A stretch of DNA of 64,000 bases from Elusimicrobiota bacterium (lineage in GTDB: Bacteria; Elusimicrobiota; Endomicrobiia; Endomicrobiales; JBDRNC01), in assembly GCA_043811535.1 (NCBI GenBank), contig JBDRNC010000008.1, positions 46,867 through 110,866 on the forward strand, in the 5' to 3' direction. Below, in pieces: positions 1-9,168 of this stretch. A model generated the notes under the pieces. The model was not told the origin of the DNA and made no database searches. It worked only from the letters and a program-made list of their open reading frames with translations. The position numbers and the translations under genes are program-made. How positions within the stretch are numbered: position 1 is the first letter of the stretch; every line of letters begins with the position of its first letter.

Positions 1-378
1 ATATGGCATGTTCTTGAGCACCTGACGGATCCGATGGCGACGATAAGGGAAGTTTACAGGATTCTCAAGCCGGGTGGAATATTTCTGCTCGCGCTTCCCA
101 ACCTGAATAATTACTTTTTCAGGCTCATGTACCCCGTAGTCAGGCGAAAAAAATACCTGCTTTTCACGCCGGAAGACAGGGAGCAGCATTTCTTCTATTT
201 CAACGGGCGCGCGCTAAGAAATATGCTTGAACTCGGTAAATTCAATGTTTTAAAAATAGCGCCCGATCTCGGCCAGGTTTCCTCTGGAAAACGCATCCTG
301 GATTTTATGCCTTATCTGTTTTACGCGATATCCGGAATTATTTTTACTGACGCGATAAAAGCTGTCGCCAGAAAGTAA
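1..378 (+). CDS. Class I SAM-dependent methyltransferase (5' partial)
   Basis: Frame is open from base 1: IWHVLEHLTDP...RILKPGG post-II/III motifs. Confidence 0.8.
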   Translation: MWHVLEHLTDPMATIREVYRILKPGGIFLLALPNLNNYFFRLMYPVVRRKKYLLFTPEDREQHFFYFNGRALRNMLELGKFNVLKIAPDLGQVSSGKRILDFMPYLFYAISGIIFTDAIKAVARK

Positions 379-387
379 TCATCTATT

Positions 388-1479
388 ATGAAAATCCTTA
401 TTGACGGAAGAGAATTTGAAAAGGGGAAATTGACCGGGATAGGGCGGTTCCTGAAAAACGTCCTTGCCATGCTCGCGCCCGCGAGGCCGGGATGGGAGTT
501 TATCCTTGTTCTCAACCAGCACGGGGAGTTTCCCGACAAGTACCCGAACCTGAAAACCGCCGTTATTCAAGAGAGAAACACTTTATTCACCGATCAGTTC
601 ACTCTGTCACGGCTTATCAGGCGGGAACGCGCCGGCCTGTTCTACTCGCCCTATTACAAGTGCCCTGTTTTCGCGAATGTTCCAAAAATAATCACGATAC
701 ACGACCTGACGTATTTCATCCTGGAAAGTTCGCCGCATTTTAACAACAAACCTCTTCTCCTGTGGCACAGGATTATTGCACGCGGGGCGTCAAAGATAAT
801 CACTGTTTCCGAAAATTCGGCAAATGACATTAGCCGCCTGCTGAACGTCAGTCGCGACAAGATAAAGGTTTTATACAACACGGTCTCGGATTCTTTCGTT
901 CCGCGGCCCGGCGTAGAGATATCCAAAACACTCGCCAATCATTCAATCAGGAAGCCCTATATCGTTTATGTAGGTAATTCAAAGCCCCATAAGAACCTGA
1001 AACGGCTTATTGAAGCGTTCTCGCTCCTGCCTGAAAAAATGCGGAACGCGTATTCGCTTGTCCTTGCCGGCGTTGACCCGTCAATCCTTGATGAATATCC
1101 GGATAAGAGCGGGTTTGCCGCGATACCTTTCATCCCGGACGAAGACCTTCCGGCCCTTTACAGCGGGGCCGAACTCATGGTGTTCCCGTCGCTTTACGAA
1201 GGTTTCGGCATTCCTCCGGTTGAAGCGATGGCATGCGGGTGCCCCGTGGCGAGTTCCAACGTTTCCTGCATGCCTGAAATACTGGACGACGCGTGCGTTT
1301 ACTTTAACCCGCTTGATATAAATGATATGTCGGAAAAAATCCAATTGCTGTTGTCTGATAAGAACCTGCGGGAAGAATTGAGCCATAACGGCAGGGAACG
1401 CGCTGAAAGATACCGCTTGAAAGCGTCCGTTCCAAGAGTACTCGGAATATTTGACGCGTTCGGAGTAAAACATGAATAA
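388..1479 (+). CDS. Glycosyltransferase family 4 (MtfB-like)
   Basis: YVGNSKPHKN and FPSLYEGFGIPPVEAMACG motifs. Confidence 0.92.
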   Translation: MKILIDGREFEKGKLTGIGRFLKNVLAMLAPARPGWEFILVLNQHGEFPDKYPNLKTAVIQERNTLFTDQFTLSRLIRRERAGLFYSPYYKCPVFANVPKIITIHDLTYFILESSPHFNNKPLLLWHRIIARGASKIITVSENSANDISRLLNVSRDKIKVLYNTVSDSFVPRPGVEISKTLANHSIRKPYIVYVGNSKPHKNLKRLIEAFSLLPEKMRNAYSLVLAGVDPSILDEYPDKSGFAAIPFIPDEDLPALYSGAELMVFPSLYEGFGIPPVEAMACGCPVASSNVSCMPEILDDACVYFNPLDINDMSEKIQLLLSDKNLREELSHNGRERAERYRLKASVPRVLGIFDAFGVKHE

Positions 1480-3013
1480 ACCCAAATACACGCATGACCA
1501 TGTTCTTTTCCTGCTTTTCACGCTGAACTCCCTGTTTTATATCTGGTTTTACCGGTTCCTGCCACTACAGGATTATCCTGATTGGCTTTTCCAGGGGCTT
1601 TTGTTCTCCAAAGCGCTGAAGGGACAGCTGATGGAAGGATACCGGCTGATTGGTTATCCCGTGGCGAATTCACTGTCAACTGTCTTCATCGGCCTGTTCG
1701 CCCTGCTGTTCAACATTGAGATATCAGGAAAAATACTGCTGTCGGCTTACGCGCTTGTTTTTATCGCCGGCTCTTTTTACATGCTTAATTCACTGGCAGG
1801 AAGGGATAATCATCCGTTCCATTACGCCGCGTTCCTTTTCCTTTTTAACTGCTTCTTCTTCGCCGGCAATATCAATTATGTCATCGGGCTCGGCATACTG
1901 TTTTTCGGGATGGGTTATATCCTCAGAAACGCCCAAACCCCCGAGAAGATTGGCGTCATACCGGTCCTGCTGGCATCCGTACTGCTGTTCTATTCCCACG
2001 CCGTGATATTCATGGTTTATCTGTTCTTCGCGGGGTTATTCGCGCTTTCTACCGCAAGGAAGAATGTTATTCTCAAGGTTCTGGCGGGATTGCTGCCGTC
2101 TATCGCGCTGTTCGGGATTTTTGCGGTTAACCACCTGCGCATGGCGAAGGCCGCCGCGCCGGTCCCTCTTAATCTCAATTTTCTTTCCATATCGGGAATC
2201 GCCGGCAATATCTCGTGCCTTTCCGTTTTCCAATACTTTTACCCTGTCATGGACGCGAATACGAAATACATAAATATTCTCAATATACTTAATCTCGCAT
2301 TTTGTCTAGTGTTTGCAGTGGTATTATTTTACGGTTTTCTGAAAATACTTTTAAAATTCAGGGAACACGCCTCGCTGGCTGTTTCAACCGCCGTTCTTTC
2401 CCTGTTTGCGTTTTTCAATCCCGGTTATTTCGCGGGAATCGTCAGGCCGGGCGAAAGGCTTATTTTTCCGGCGGTATGGATAATACTCGCGTTCCTGGCG
2501 GCGCGGCCCGGATATCTCGGCGCGAAATCCGGAAATATCGTCAGATACGCCGCGATTTTCGCGGTCCTCGCGCAGGCATTCTTCCTTTATTACTTCGGCG
2601 GAATGGCCTCAAATCAAATGGCCGGTATGAATGCCGCGCTTGAGCAAAGCGGCGTTAAGGGCGATTACACGCTTGCCCCGGAAAGCCATTTTAACTATGA
2701 AAATACATTCCGCACGGATTTTAAAAAACCTAAATTCCTCGGAAGGATATCGCCGCTCATACGCCTGCCGTATTACCTTAACATAAACAATTACGCGTAC
2801 ACCTCTGTTTTCCCGACGGGGATATTCATATCCGTTAAAGAATACGCGGCCGCGAATTCAATTACGGACATCCAAAACAATGCCGCGTCGTACAGGGATA
2901 ACGTGATTATCGCAGGGCATCGCGCGGGGAATAATTTTATCGCAGGAAAATTGAGCAAACGATATAAAATTGTCATTGACGAAAAATATTTCATGCTCCT
3001 AAAGAAAAAATAA
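1472..3013 (+). CDS. Polytopic membrane protein, possible GT-C fold glycosyltransferase
   Basis: Many hydrophobic helices, N-terminal LPLQDYPDW loop, glycan-cluster context. Confidence 0.55.
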   Translation: MNKPKYTHDHVLFLLFTLNSLFYIWFYRFLPLQDYPDWLFQGLLFSKALKGQLMEGYRLIGYPVANSLSTVFIGLFALLFNIEISGKILLSAYALVFIAGSFYMLNSLAGRDNHPFHYAAFLFLFNCFFFAGNINYVIGLGILFFGMGYILRNAQTPEKIGVIPVLLASVLLFYSHAVIFMVYLFFAGLFALSTARKNVILKVLAGLLPSIALFGIFAVNHLRMAKAAAPVPLNLNFLSISGIAGNISCLSVFQYFYPVMDANTKYINILNILNLAFCLVFAVVLFYGFLKILLKFREHASLAVSTAVLSLFAFFNPGYFAGIVRPGERLIFPAVWIILAFLAARPGYLGAKSGNIVRYAAIFAVLAQAFFLYYFGGMASNQMAGMNAALEQSGVKGDYTLAPESHFNYENTFRTDFKKPKFLGRISPLIRLPYYLNINNYAYTSVFPTGIFISVKEYAAANSITDIQNNAASYRDNVIIAGHRAGNNFIAGKLSKRYKIVIDEKYFMLLKKK

Positions 3014-4086
3014 TGGAATTCAAGGCCGGTAAAATCCTGGTAGTCAATCTTGGCGGGCTGGGCGACATCGTGATGATGACGCCCATACTGAAAGCCGTAA
3101 AGAAGAAATATCCCGGCTCAAGCATCTCTCTTCTGACTATACCCCGCTCGCTGGAAATATCAAAGAATCTTTCCGGCATCGACAGATTCTACACGCTGCC
3201 GATGACATTTAAGACTCCCTCGCCGTTCTTTTTCCTGAAACTGCTCCGTGCGGCGCTGGATTTGAGAAAAGAACGGTTTGACGCTCTTATTGACTTCAAG
3301 GGGGTACAGACAACACCGGGCAGCTTAAAGATGTTTCTGCTAGTTAAAATAATTAACGCGAAAACGTCTATCGGAAGGAACCTCGGAGGAAAAGGATGGT
3401 TTTTTGACCATAAAATCAAAGAGACCGTCAATAAACCTAACACTGAAGTTGAACATACGCTGAAACTGCTTGAACCTCTGGAAATAACGGAATTTGACAA
3501 GACGATAGAGTATCCCGTCACGCGGCAGGACACGGAATTCATTGATTCCGAGCTTAAGAAATTAAATATTGACAAGGCCGTTCACAAGCTCATCGGCCTC
3601 AATCCAGGCGCGTTCAGGCCTTCGCGCAGGTGGCCTATTGATAGCTGGAAAGATCTGATAAACCTTTTAACCGTGAAATATCCCGACTGCAGGATATTCA
3701 TTACGGGCGAGCAAAGCGAGCTGACTTCCATCGAGAAACTGAAAATCTCGGATAACGTTATCGTAACAAACGGCAAATACTCAATCGGACAGCTGGCGGC
3801 TTTGTTCAGCAAGCTTGATGTGTTTATCACGAATGACACCGGGCCCATGCACCTGGCGGCCGCCGCGGGCGCGAAAATTACCGCTATATTCGGCCCGGGC
3901 GATGTCCACAGGTTCAGCCCTTCAGTCGCGAAAGAAAAATACAGGATAGTAAGAAAAGACATACCCGGCTGCGAAAGGCCCTGCTACAAATTCAGCTGTG
4001 ACAATCCTGTATGCCTGACGGGCATACAGCCCGCTGAAGTGTTCGCGGCAGCGGACAATCTCCTTAAATCAGGCAAACAACAATGA
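3013..4086 (+). CDS. Glycosyltransferase family 9 (heptosyltransferase-like)
   Basis: GGLGDIVM, NPGA..RRWP, TNDTGPMHLAAA motifs. Confidence 0.92.
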   Translation: MEFKAGKILVVNLGGLGDIVMMTPILKAVKKKYPGSSISLLTIPRSLEISKNLSGIDRFYTLPMTFKTPSPFFFLKLLRAALDLRKERFDALIDFKGVQTTPGSLKMFLLVKIINAKTSIGRNLGGKGWFFDHKIKETVNKPNTEVEHTLKLLEPLEITEFDKTIEYPVTRQDTEFIDSELKKLNIDKAVHKLIGLNPGAFRPSRRWPIDSWKDLINLLTVKYPDCRIFITGEQSELTSIEKLKISDNVIVTNGKYSIGQLAALFSKLDVFITNDTGPMHLAAAAGAKITAIFGPGDVHRFSPSVAKEKYRIVRKDIPGCERPCYKFSCDNPVCLTGIQPAEVFAAADNLLKSGKQQ

Positions 4087-5261
4087 ATAAATCGAAGATA
4101 GTCCACATCATCACGCGTCTTGATACCGGCGGCAGCGCTGAAAACACGATAATCACCTGTTCGCTTTCGGACAAATCAAGATTTGAGACCACTCTCGTTT
4201 ACGGCCCGCCCTTGATAAAAACTCTTTCCTGCGAAAGCGTCGTCCTGCCATCGCTTGTCAGGGAGATTTCTCCGGTTAAGGATATAATTACGCTTATCGC
4301 ACTCTTCAGACTGCTTAGGAAGATTAAGCCGGACGTAGTGCACACGCATTCGTCAAAGGGCGGCGTGATAGGCCGCTGGGCCGCCTGGCTGTATAACCAA
4401 ACAACCAGGGTCCAGGGTCCAGGGTCCAGGATGACGAAAATAGTCCACACACCACACGGGCACGTATTTTATGGCTATGAGTTCGGCCTTGTAAAAACAC
4501 TTGTTTTCCGGCTGGTTGAAATATTCTCGGCGTTCATAACAACCAAATTGATAGCGCTGACGCAGGGCGAGATGAAAGAATCCCTTAGCGCGGGCGTCGG
4601 TAAGCCGGGCCAGTGGACCGTCATACACAGCGGAGTGGACATCGATCCCGCGGCTTTAAAGCCCGGGGCTTCCGTGAGGAAACAGCTGGGCCTGCCCGAA
4701 AACGCGCTGGTGGCAGGCACGATAGCAAGGCTTGAACACGTCAAGGGCGTTAAGTTTCTCATAGAAGCGGCCGGACTGTTAAGCAAGCGCGGGATGCGGG
4801 ATGTTTACTGGCTGGTGGTCGGCGGCGGGAAATTAATGGACGTTCTCGCGTCAAGAGCGAACGCGCTCGGCCTCAAGGACAGGATTGTCTTTGCGGGGAT
4901 GAGAGATGATGTCACGGAAATGTTTTCTTCAATGGATATATACGTCCAGCCGTCCCTGAATGAAGGAATGGGAAAAACAATCGTACAGGCCTGCGCGCTC
5001 GGGCTTCCGGTAATCGCTTCAAGAGTGCAGGGAATACCAGATATAATTAAAGACGAGGAAACGGGAATGCTTGTTCCGCCGGCGAATCCCGAAGCGCTCG
5101 CGGAAAAGATTCAAGAATTGATAAATGATCCCGCAAAAAGAAAGAAACTCGGTGAATCCGGCAGGATATTCGTCAACAGGATATCCGACGGATTCCCTTT
5201 TTTCAGCAGCAAGAGAATGGTTCACCTGATGGAAAAACTATATGAAAACCTTCTGCGTTAG
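4083..5261 (+). CDS. Glycosyltransferase family 4
   Basis: HTHSSKGG, HTPHG, PSLNEGMG motifs. Confidence 0.9.
   Translation: MNKSKIVHIITRLDTGGSAENTIITCSLSDKSRFETTLVYGPPLIKTLSCESVVLPSLVREISPVKDIITLIALFRLLRKIKPDVVHTHSSKGGVIGRWAAWLYNQTTRVQGPGSRMTKIVHTPHGHVFYGYEFGLVKTLVFRLVEIFSAFITTKLIALTQGEMKESLSAGVGKPGQWTVIHSGVDIDPAALKPGASVRKQLGLPENALVAGTIARLEHVKGVKFLIEAAGLLSKRGMRDVYWLVVGGGKLMDVLASRANALGLKDRIVFAGMRDDVTEMFSSMDIYVQPSLNEGMGKTIVQACALGLPVIASRVQGIPDIIKDEETGMLVPPANPEALAEKIQELINDPAKRKKLGESGRIFVNRISDGFPFFSSKRMVHLMEKLYENLLR
4405..4430 (+). repeat. (CCAGGGT)x3.7 heptamer tandem repeat inside the GT4 CDS
   Basis: ccagggtccagggtccagggtccagg; the same unit is intergenic at 46031-46047. Confidence 0.85.
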
Positions 5262-6657
5262 GATTGCCCTGATTTTTCTCGCGATTTGCTTTTTCCCGGA
5301 TTTTCCGCTTGCCGCGGCCGCGCGCGGCGGCATGCGCCAGGTTTCCTGCATTGTGCATATCCAGTCATCATTCAGCGGGAAATCAACCGAATCTTTCAGC
5401 GATATCCTGAAACAAAGCCGGGCGCTGGGCATTGACGCCGTGGTTTTCAACGAAAAAGACATGATGAGATGGGAATACGGCCTGTGGCCGTTCCGCAACA
5501 TCATGAAAAGAACCGTCCAGGACAACTCGGTGCTCCTGCTCGGCCCCGCAAGATACCTCGGCGCCATGAAAAACGCAAGCCGGGATTTTCCTGATATGGT
5601 TGTCATCCCGGGCGTCGAGTCGGCCCCGTTTTACTGCTGGAAAGGAAATCCGCTTGCCGGCAATCTTCAACTGCTCGGCTGGCACAAGCACATGCTTGTC
5701 ATAGGCATGGAAAAACCCGAGGACTACGAAAACCTGCCGCTTGTCTCCAATCCGAAAGCAGGCGCTTTCAATCTGCTCATGTTCTGGCCCCTTGCGGTTA
5801 TCGCGGGCGGGATGATTCTCAGAAAAAGAAGAACGCTTGCCGCACTTCTTGTGTTTACCGGAACTCTGCTGCTGATAAACAATTATCCTTTCAGGTATTT
5901 CGAATTCAGCCAGTATTCCCACGGTTACGGGGAAAAGCCCTATCAGAAGCTCATTGATTACGTTGATAAGAAAGGCGGATTGACTTTCTGGGCTCATCCC
6001 GAAGCGGTCAACTGGGAAACTCCGAGAAGATTCGGAAGCATCACGGTTTCAACCCAGCGATACCCTCAAAGCATTTTGGACACAGTTGGCTGCACCGGTT
6101 TCGCTATTTTCTCGCAGGGATGGCGCGAGGCGGGAAAACCCGGCGGGTACTGGGACCAGGCCCTTGCCGAATACTGCGGGGGATTCAGGGAAAAACCCGT
6201 TTGGGCCATAGGCGAGATCGATTACGACGCGAACTCATACCCTCTTAACCAGATACAGAACATACTCTGGGTCAAGGAGAAAACAAAAGAAGCGGTCCTT
6301 CAATCGCTGAAGAACGGCAATTATTACGTAACGTGGCGCAACATGAAATGGGGCTTCAAACTCAGCGGTTTTTCGCTTTCCAGCGGCAGGAACAAAGCCG
6401 TGTGCGGCGAAGAGATCAAATACGCCGGTCCGGTCCGCGCGCGCATGGTCATTACCGCGACGGATTCCCAAAAGCATAAAACCACGGTGAGAATAATCCG
6501 CAACGGGAAAGTGGATAAATTGATAATCGCCCAAACGCCGGTTGAAATAGTATACGAAGACAGCGAAAAACTTCCGGATCAGATGAATTTCTACAGGTTC
6601 ATGATAGAAGGCGGCTATCCGATACTGGCGACCAATCCGGTGTTTGTAAAGCGATGA
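5242..6657 (+). CDS. Exported/membrane protein with PHP-like metallohydrolase features
   Basis: Signal peptide, HIQS, PGVES, AHPE motifs, internal TM pair. Confidence 0.5.
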   Translation: MKTFCVRIALIFLAICFFPDFPLAAAARGGMRQVSCIVHIQSSFSGKSTESFSDILKQSRALGIDAVVFNEKDMMRWEYGLWPFRNIMKRTVQDNSVLLLGPARYLGAMKNASRDFPDMVVIPGVESAPFYCWKGNPLAGNLQLLGWHKHMLVIGMEKPEDYENLPLVSNPKAGAFNLLMFWPLAVIAGGMILRKRRTLAALLVFTGTLLLINNYPFRYFEFSQYSHGYGEKPYQKLIDYVDKKGGLTFWAHPEAVNWETPRRFGSITVSTQRYPQSILDTVGCTGFAIFSQGWREAGKPGGYWDQALAEYCGGFREKPVWAIGEIDYDANSYPLNQIQNILWVKEKTKEAVLQSLKNGNYYVTWRNMKWGFKLSGFSLSSGRNKAVCGEEIKYAGPVRARMVITATDSQKHKTTVRIIRNGKVDKLIIAQTPVEIVYEDSEKLPDQMNFYRFMIEGGYPILATNPVFVKR

Positions 6658-6664
6658 ATACGAC

Positions 6665-6720
6665 GATTACACAGATTTCAAACGAAGATTACACGGATAG
6701 CAAACGAAGATTACACAGAT
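6665..6720 (+). repeat. Orphan GATTACAC[A/G]GAT array, 3 units, 22-nt period
   Basis: Units at 6665, 6687, 6709; same unit as the left arm of the GxxExxY element. Confidence 0.9.
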
Positions 6721-6738
6721 ACGTCATTCTGATGTTGC

Positions 6739-6814
6739 TGTCATCCCCGAAATCCGTAATCGGGGAACCACTTTCACGGAAACTTGGATTCCCCGGTTAA
6801 ACCGGGGAATGACA
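6739..6814. repeat. TGTCATCCCC...GGGAATGACA double-hairpin REP-like element
   Basis: Two GC hairpins in terminal inverted TGTCAT/ATGACA; relatives at 11068-11097 and 14874-14907. Confidence 0.7.
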
Positions 6815-6889
6815 AACTTAGGCTTGAATGTATGTTCTGTCGCAACGGTCTGATTTAGTCAGCAATAAGATGAAATATTTCGCGTTTTT

Positions 6890-6898
6890 TGTTATAAT
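6890..6898 (+). promoter_or_regulatory. Extended -10 box (TGnTATAAT), probable leaderless transcript
   Basis: tgttataat ends 6 nt before ATG 6905; no SD. Confidence 0.55.
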
Positions 6899-6904
6899 TT
6901 CTAT

Positions 6905-7585
6905 ATGATTTTGGCGGTGCATCAACCCCAGTATCTGCCGTGGTTGGGATATTTTCACAAGATTGCCAATTGTGATCTTTTCATCTTTTTGGATGACGTC
7001 CAGTACAAGAAAAGAGAGTTCCAGAACAGGAATAAGATTAAAACGCCGAACGGCCCGCTCTGGCTCACGGTACCGGTCGCCACAAAGGGCAAATATTCGC
7101 AGAAAATTAGCGAGGTTACGATAGATAAAGAGACCGGATGGAACAATGAACACTGGAAGTCCGTTGAGCATAATTACGCCCACGCGCGTTTTTTCAGCGA
7201 GCATAAAACTATTTTCAGCGATGTATACGGCATGAAGTGGGACAAACTTATAGATCTCTCCATGAAAATAATCGAAAACACTCTTTCATATCTTGACATC
7301 AAAACACCCTGCAAGATGTCGTCGGAATACGGCGTAACATCCTCCTCAACCCAGAGAATCATAGACCTGTGTAAGAAAACCGGCGCCGATACTTATCTCT
7401 CGGGTGCCGGCGGCAGGGAATACATGGATGAAAAACTCTTTACTGACAACAATATCCGGCTCACATATCAGGACTACAAGCATCCGGAATATGAACAGCT
7501 GCACGGAAAATTTGAGCCGTATCTGTCGGTAATAGACCTGCTGATGAACTGCGGCCCGCAAAGCCGCGGAATTTTACTGGGTTGA
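6905..7585 (+). CDS. WbqC family protein
   Basis: HQPQYLPWLGYFHKI, DDVQY, NRNKIK motifs. Confidence 0.93.
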   Translation: MILAVHQPQYLPWLGYFHKIANCDLFIFLDDVQYKKREFQNRNKIKTPNGPLWLTVPVATKGKYSQKISEVTIDKETGWNNEHWKSVEHNYAHARFFSEHKTIFSDVYGMKWDKLIDLSMKIIENTLSYLDIKTPCKMSSEYGVTSSSTQRIIDLCKKTGADTYLSGAGGREYMDEKLFTDNNIRLTYQDYKHPEYEQLHGKFEPYLSVIDLLMNCGPQSRGILLG

Positions 7586-7602
7586 TATATCCGTTCCCGA
7601 CT

Positions 7603-7628
7603 GTAGCCGGCACTTAAGTGCCGGCTAC
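7603..7628. repeat. GTAG-type perfect palindrome (GGCACTTAAGTGCC core)
   Basis: gtagccggcacttaagtgccggctac, 26 bp perfect. Confidence 0.85.
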
Positions 7629-7649
7629 CAACGAATATACAGGATTGGA

Positions 7650-8111
7650 ATGAACAGATTCCTAAGAAAAGAATACGAAAAAACAAGGAAACTGCCGGCG
7701 CCGAAGATGCTTATCAAGCTGATCGGCTGGATTTTCCCGTTTTCCATGCCCTGCAAGATAAGGCCCTGGCTGCTGCGCGTGGCGGGAGCGAACATCGGGA
7801 AACACATATTCATCGGCAGAATGTGCGTCATAGACGATAATTTCACGGAACTGCTCACGATCGAGGATGACGTCATTATCTCATACGGGGCGATGATCTT
7901 CTGCCACGACAGGTCCAAACCAGAAACTGTTTTGGGACCGGTTGTGCTTAAAAAAGGATGTTATCTCGGATTCGGCTGCCTTGTCCTTCCCGGAGTAACG
8001 GTTGGAGAAAACGCTATTGTGGGCGCCGGAGCGGTGGTCACTAAAGATGTCCCTCCGGGAGTAACAGTTGTCGGAATACCGGCAAGCCCCATAAAAGCTG
8101 GTAAGCCTTAA
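7650..8111 (+). CDS. Hexapeptide-repeat acyltransferase
   Basis: LPGVTVGENAIVGAGAVVTKDVP. Confidence 0.9.
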   Translation: MNRFLRKEYEKTRKLPAPKMLIKLIGWIFPFSMPCKIRPWLLRVAGANIGKHIFIGRMCVIDDNFTELLTIEDDVIISYGAMIFCHDRSKPETVLGPVVLKKGCYLGFGCLVLPGVTVGENAIVGAGAVVTKDVPPGVTVVGIPASPIKAGKP

Positions 8112-8119
8112 GTATTGCT

Positions 8120-8182
8120 ATGATTTGGATTTTGTTTTTTTGAGCTTATTTAGTGTTTAGAACTTAGTATTTAGTGTTTGAG
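8120..8182 (+). repeat. TTTAGTR heptamer array (right arm only)
   Basis: Shares tttgagcttatttagt with the right arm at 34450-34466. Confidence 0.7.
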
Positions 8183-8188
8183 GTAATT

Positions 8189-8989
8189 ATGTACGAAAAA
8201 TACTGGAGCTTTAAAGAAAAACCGTTTGAGAACACGCCGGACCCTAAATTCCTCTACAGTTCTCCGCAGCACGAGGAAGGGCTGAACCGCATGCTTTACG
8301 TCGTAAGGGAAAGCAAAGGCGCCGGGCTTCTCACGGGCGTTTACGGCTGCGGAAAAACGCTTTTGGCGCGCGCCCTGATGAAAGAGCTTGAAATTTCAGT
8401 ATATAAGGTCGCCCTCCTTACAAACCCGCGCCTTGACGACATTGAAATGCTGAGGATGATAACCCACCATCTCGGGCTGGCCGAACCTCCGGTAAGAAAA
8501 GCGGATGTGCTGATAGCGCTTGAAAAGATACTCCAGAACAACATGAATGACGGAAAAAAAACCGTTGTCGTGATAGACGAAGCCCACGCGATAGAAGACA
8601 GGAGCATTTTTGAGGAAATAAGATTGCTGCTTAATTTCCAACATGCCGATAAATTTCTGCTCACGCTGATACTGCTGGGCCAGCCGGAACTGAAAGATAT
8701 AATAGAAGGGAACAAACAGTTGAACCAGCGCATCGCGATGAGGTATTATCTTGACAACCTGGACGCGTCTGAGACGGATCATTATATAAAACACAGGCTT
8801 AAAGTTGTGGGAAGCAATTCCGACATATTTACCCAAAAAGCCATCGATTTGATACACGAGCGTTCGGGCGGCATTCCGAGAAGGATAAACCAGCTTTGCG
8901 ACTCGTCGCTTCTGACCGGATACGGCAAAGAAGCGGATATAATTGACGATGAGATAGTGGAAGAGACGATAAGAAGTTTATCTTTATAA
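8189..8989 (+). CDS. ExeA/GspA-family AAA ATPase
   Basis: PFENTPDPKF, Walker A GVYGCGKT, IDEAH, GQPEL, GIPRRIN. Confidence 0.9.
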   Translation: MYEKYWSFKEKPFENTPDPKFLYSSPQHEEGLNRMLYVVRESKGAGLLTGVYGCGKTLLARALMKELEISVYKVALLTNPRLDDIEMLRMITHHLGLAEPPVRKADVLIALEKILQNNMNDGKKTVVVIDEAHAIEDRSIFEEIRLLLNFQHADKFLLTLILLGQPELKDIIEGNKQLNQRIAMRYYLDNLDASETDHYIKHRLKVVGSNSDIFTQKAIDLIHERSGGIPRRINQLCDSSLLTGYGKEADIIDDEIVEETIRSLSL

Positions 8990-8991
8990 GA

Positions 8992-9146
8992 TTTTAACAT
9001 CCATCCTCCCCTTCGATAATAGGGGGAAGCACAGTGTGCTTCCCCACTGGGATGTTCGTAGATGGGGGTGCCGGAGGAACGAGGTGGGGATGGAAAGAAA
9101 ATAATCGTCACCCCCATCCCAACCTTCCCCCGTCAAGGGGGAAGAA
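8992..9146. repeat. Composite GC-rich palindromic element, copy 1
   Basis: 8992-9092 matches 15791-15891 with 1 mismatch; followed by a CCCCATCCCAACCTTCCCC hairpin. Confidence 0.9.
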
Positions 9147-9168
9147 GATAGGTAGAACGGAGATAATC

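Noticed and set aside
9034-9168. N-terminal extensions of the PIG-L ORF and of the CpaF ORF (54461-54553)
   Set aside because: They are derived from palindromic repeats; better ATGs lie at 9169 and 54554.
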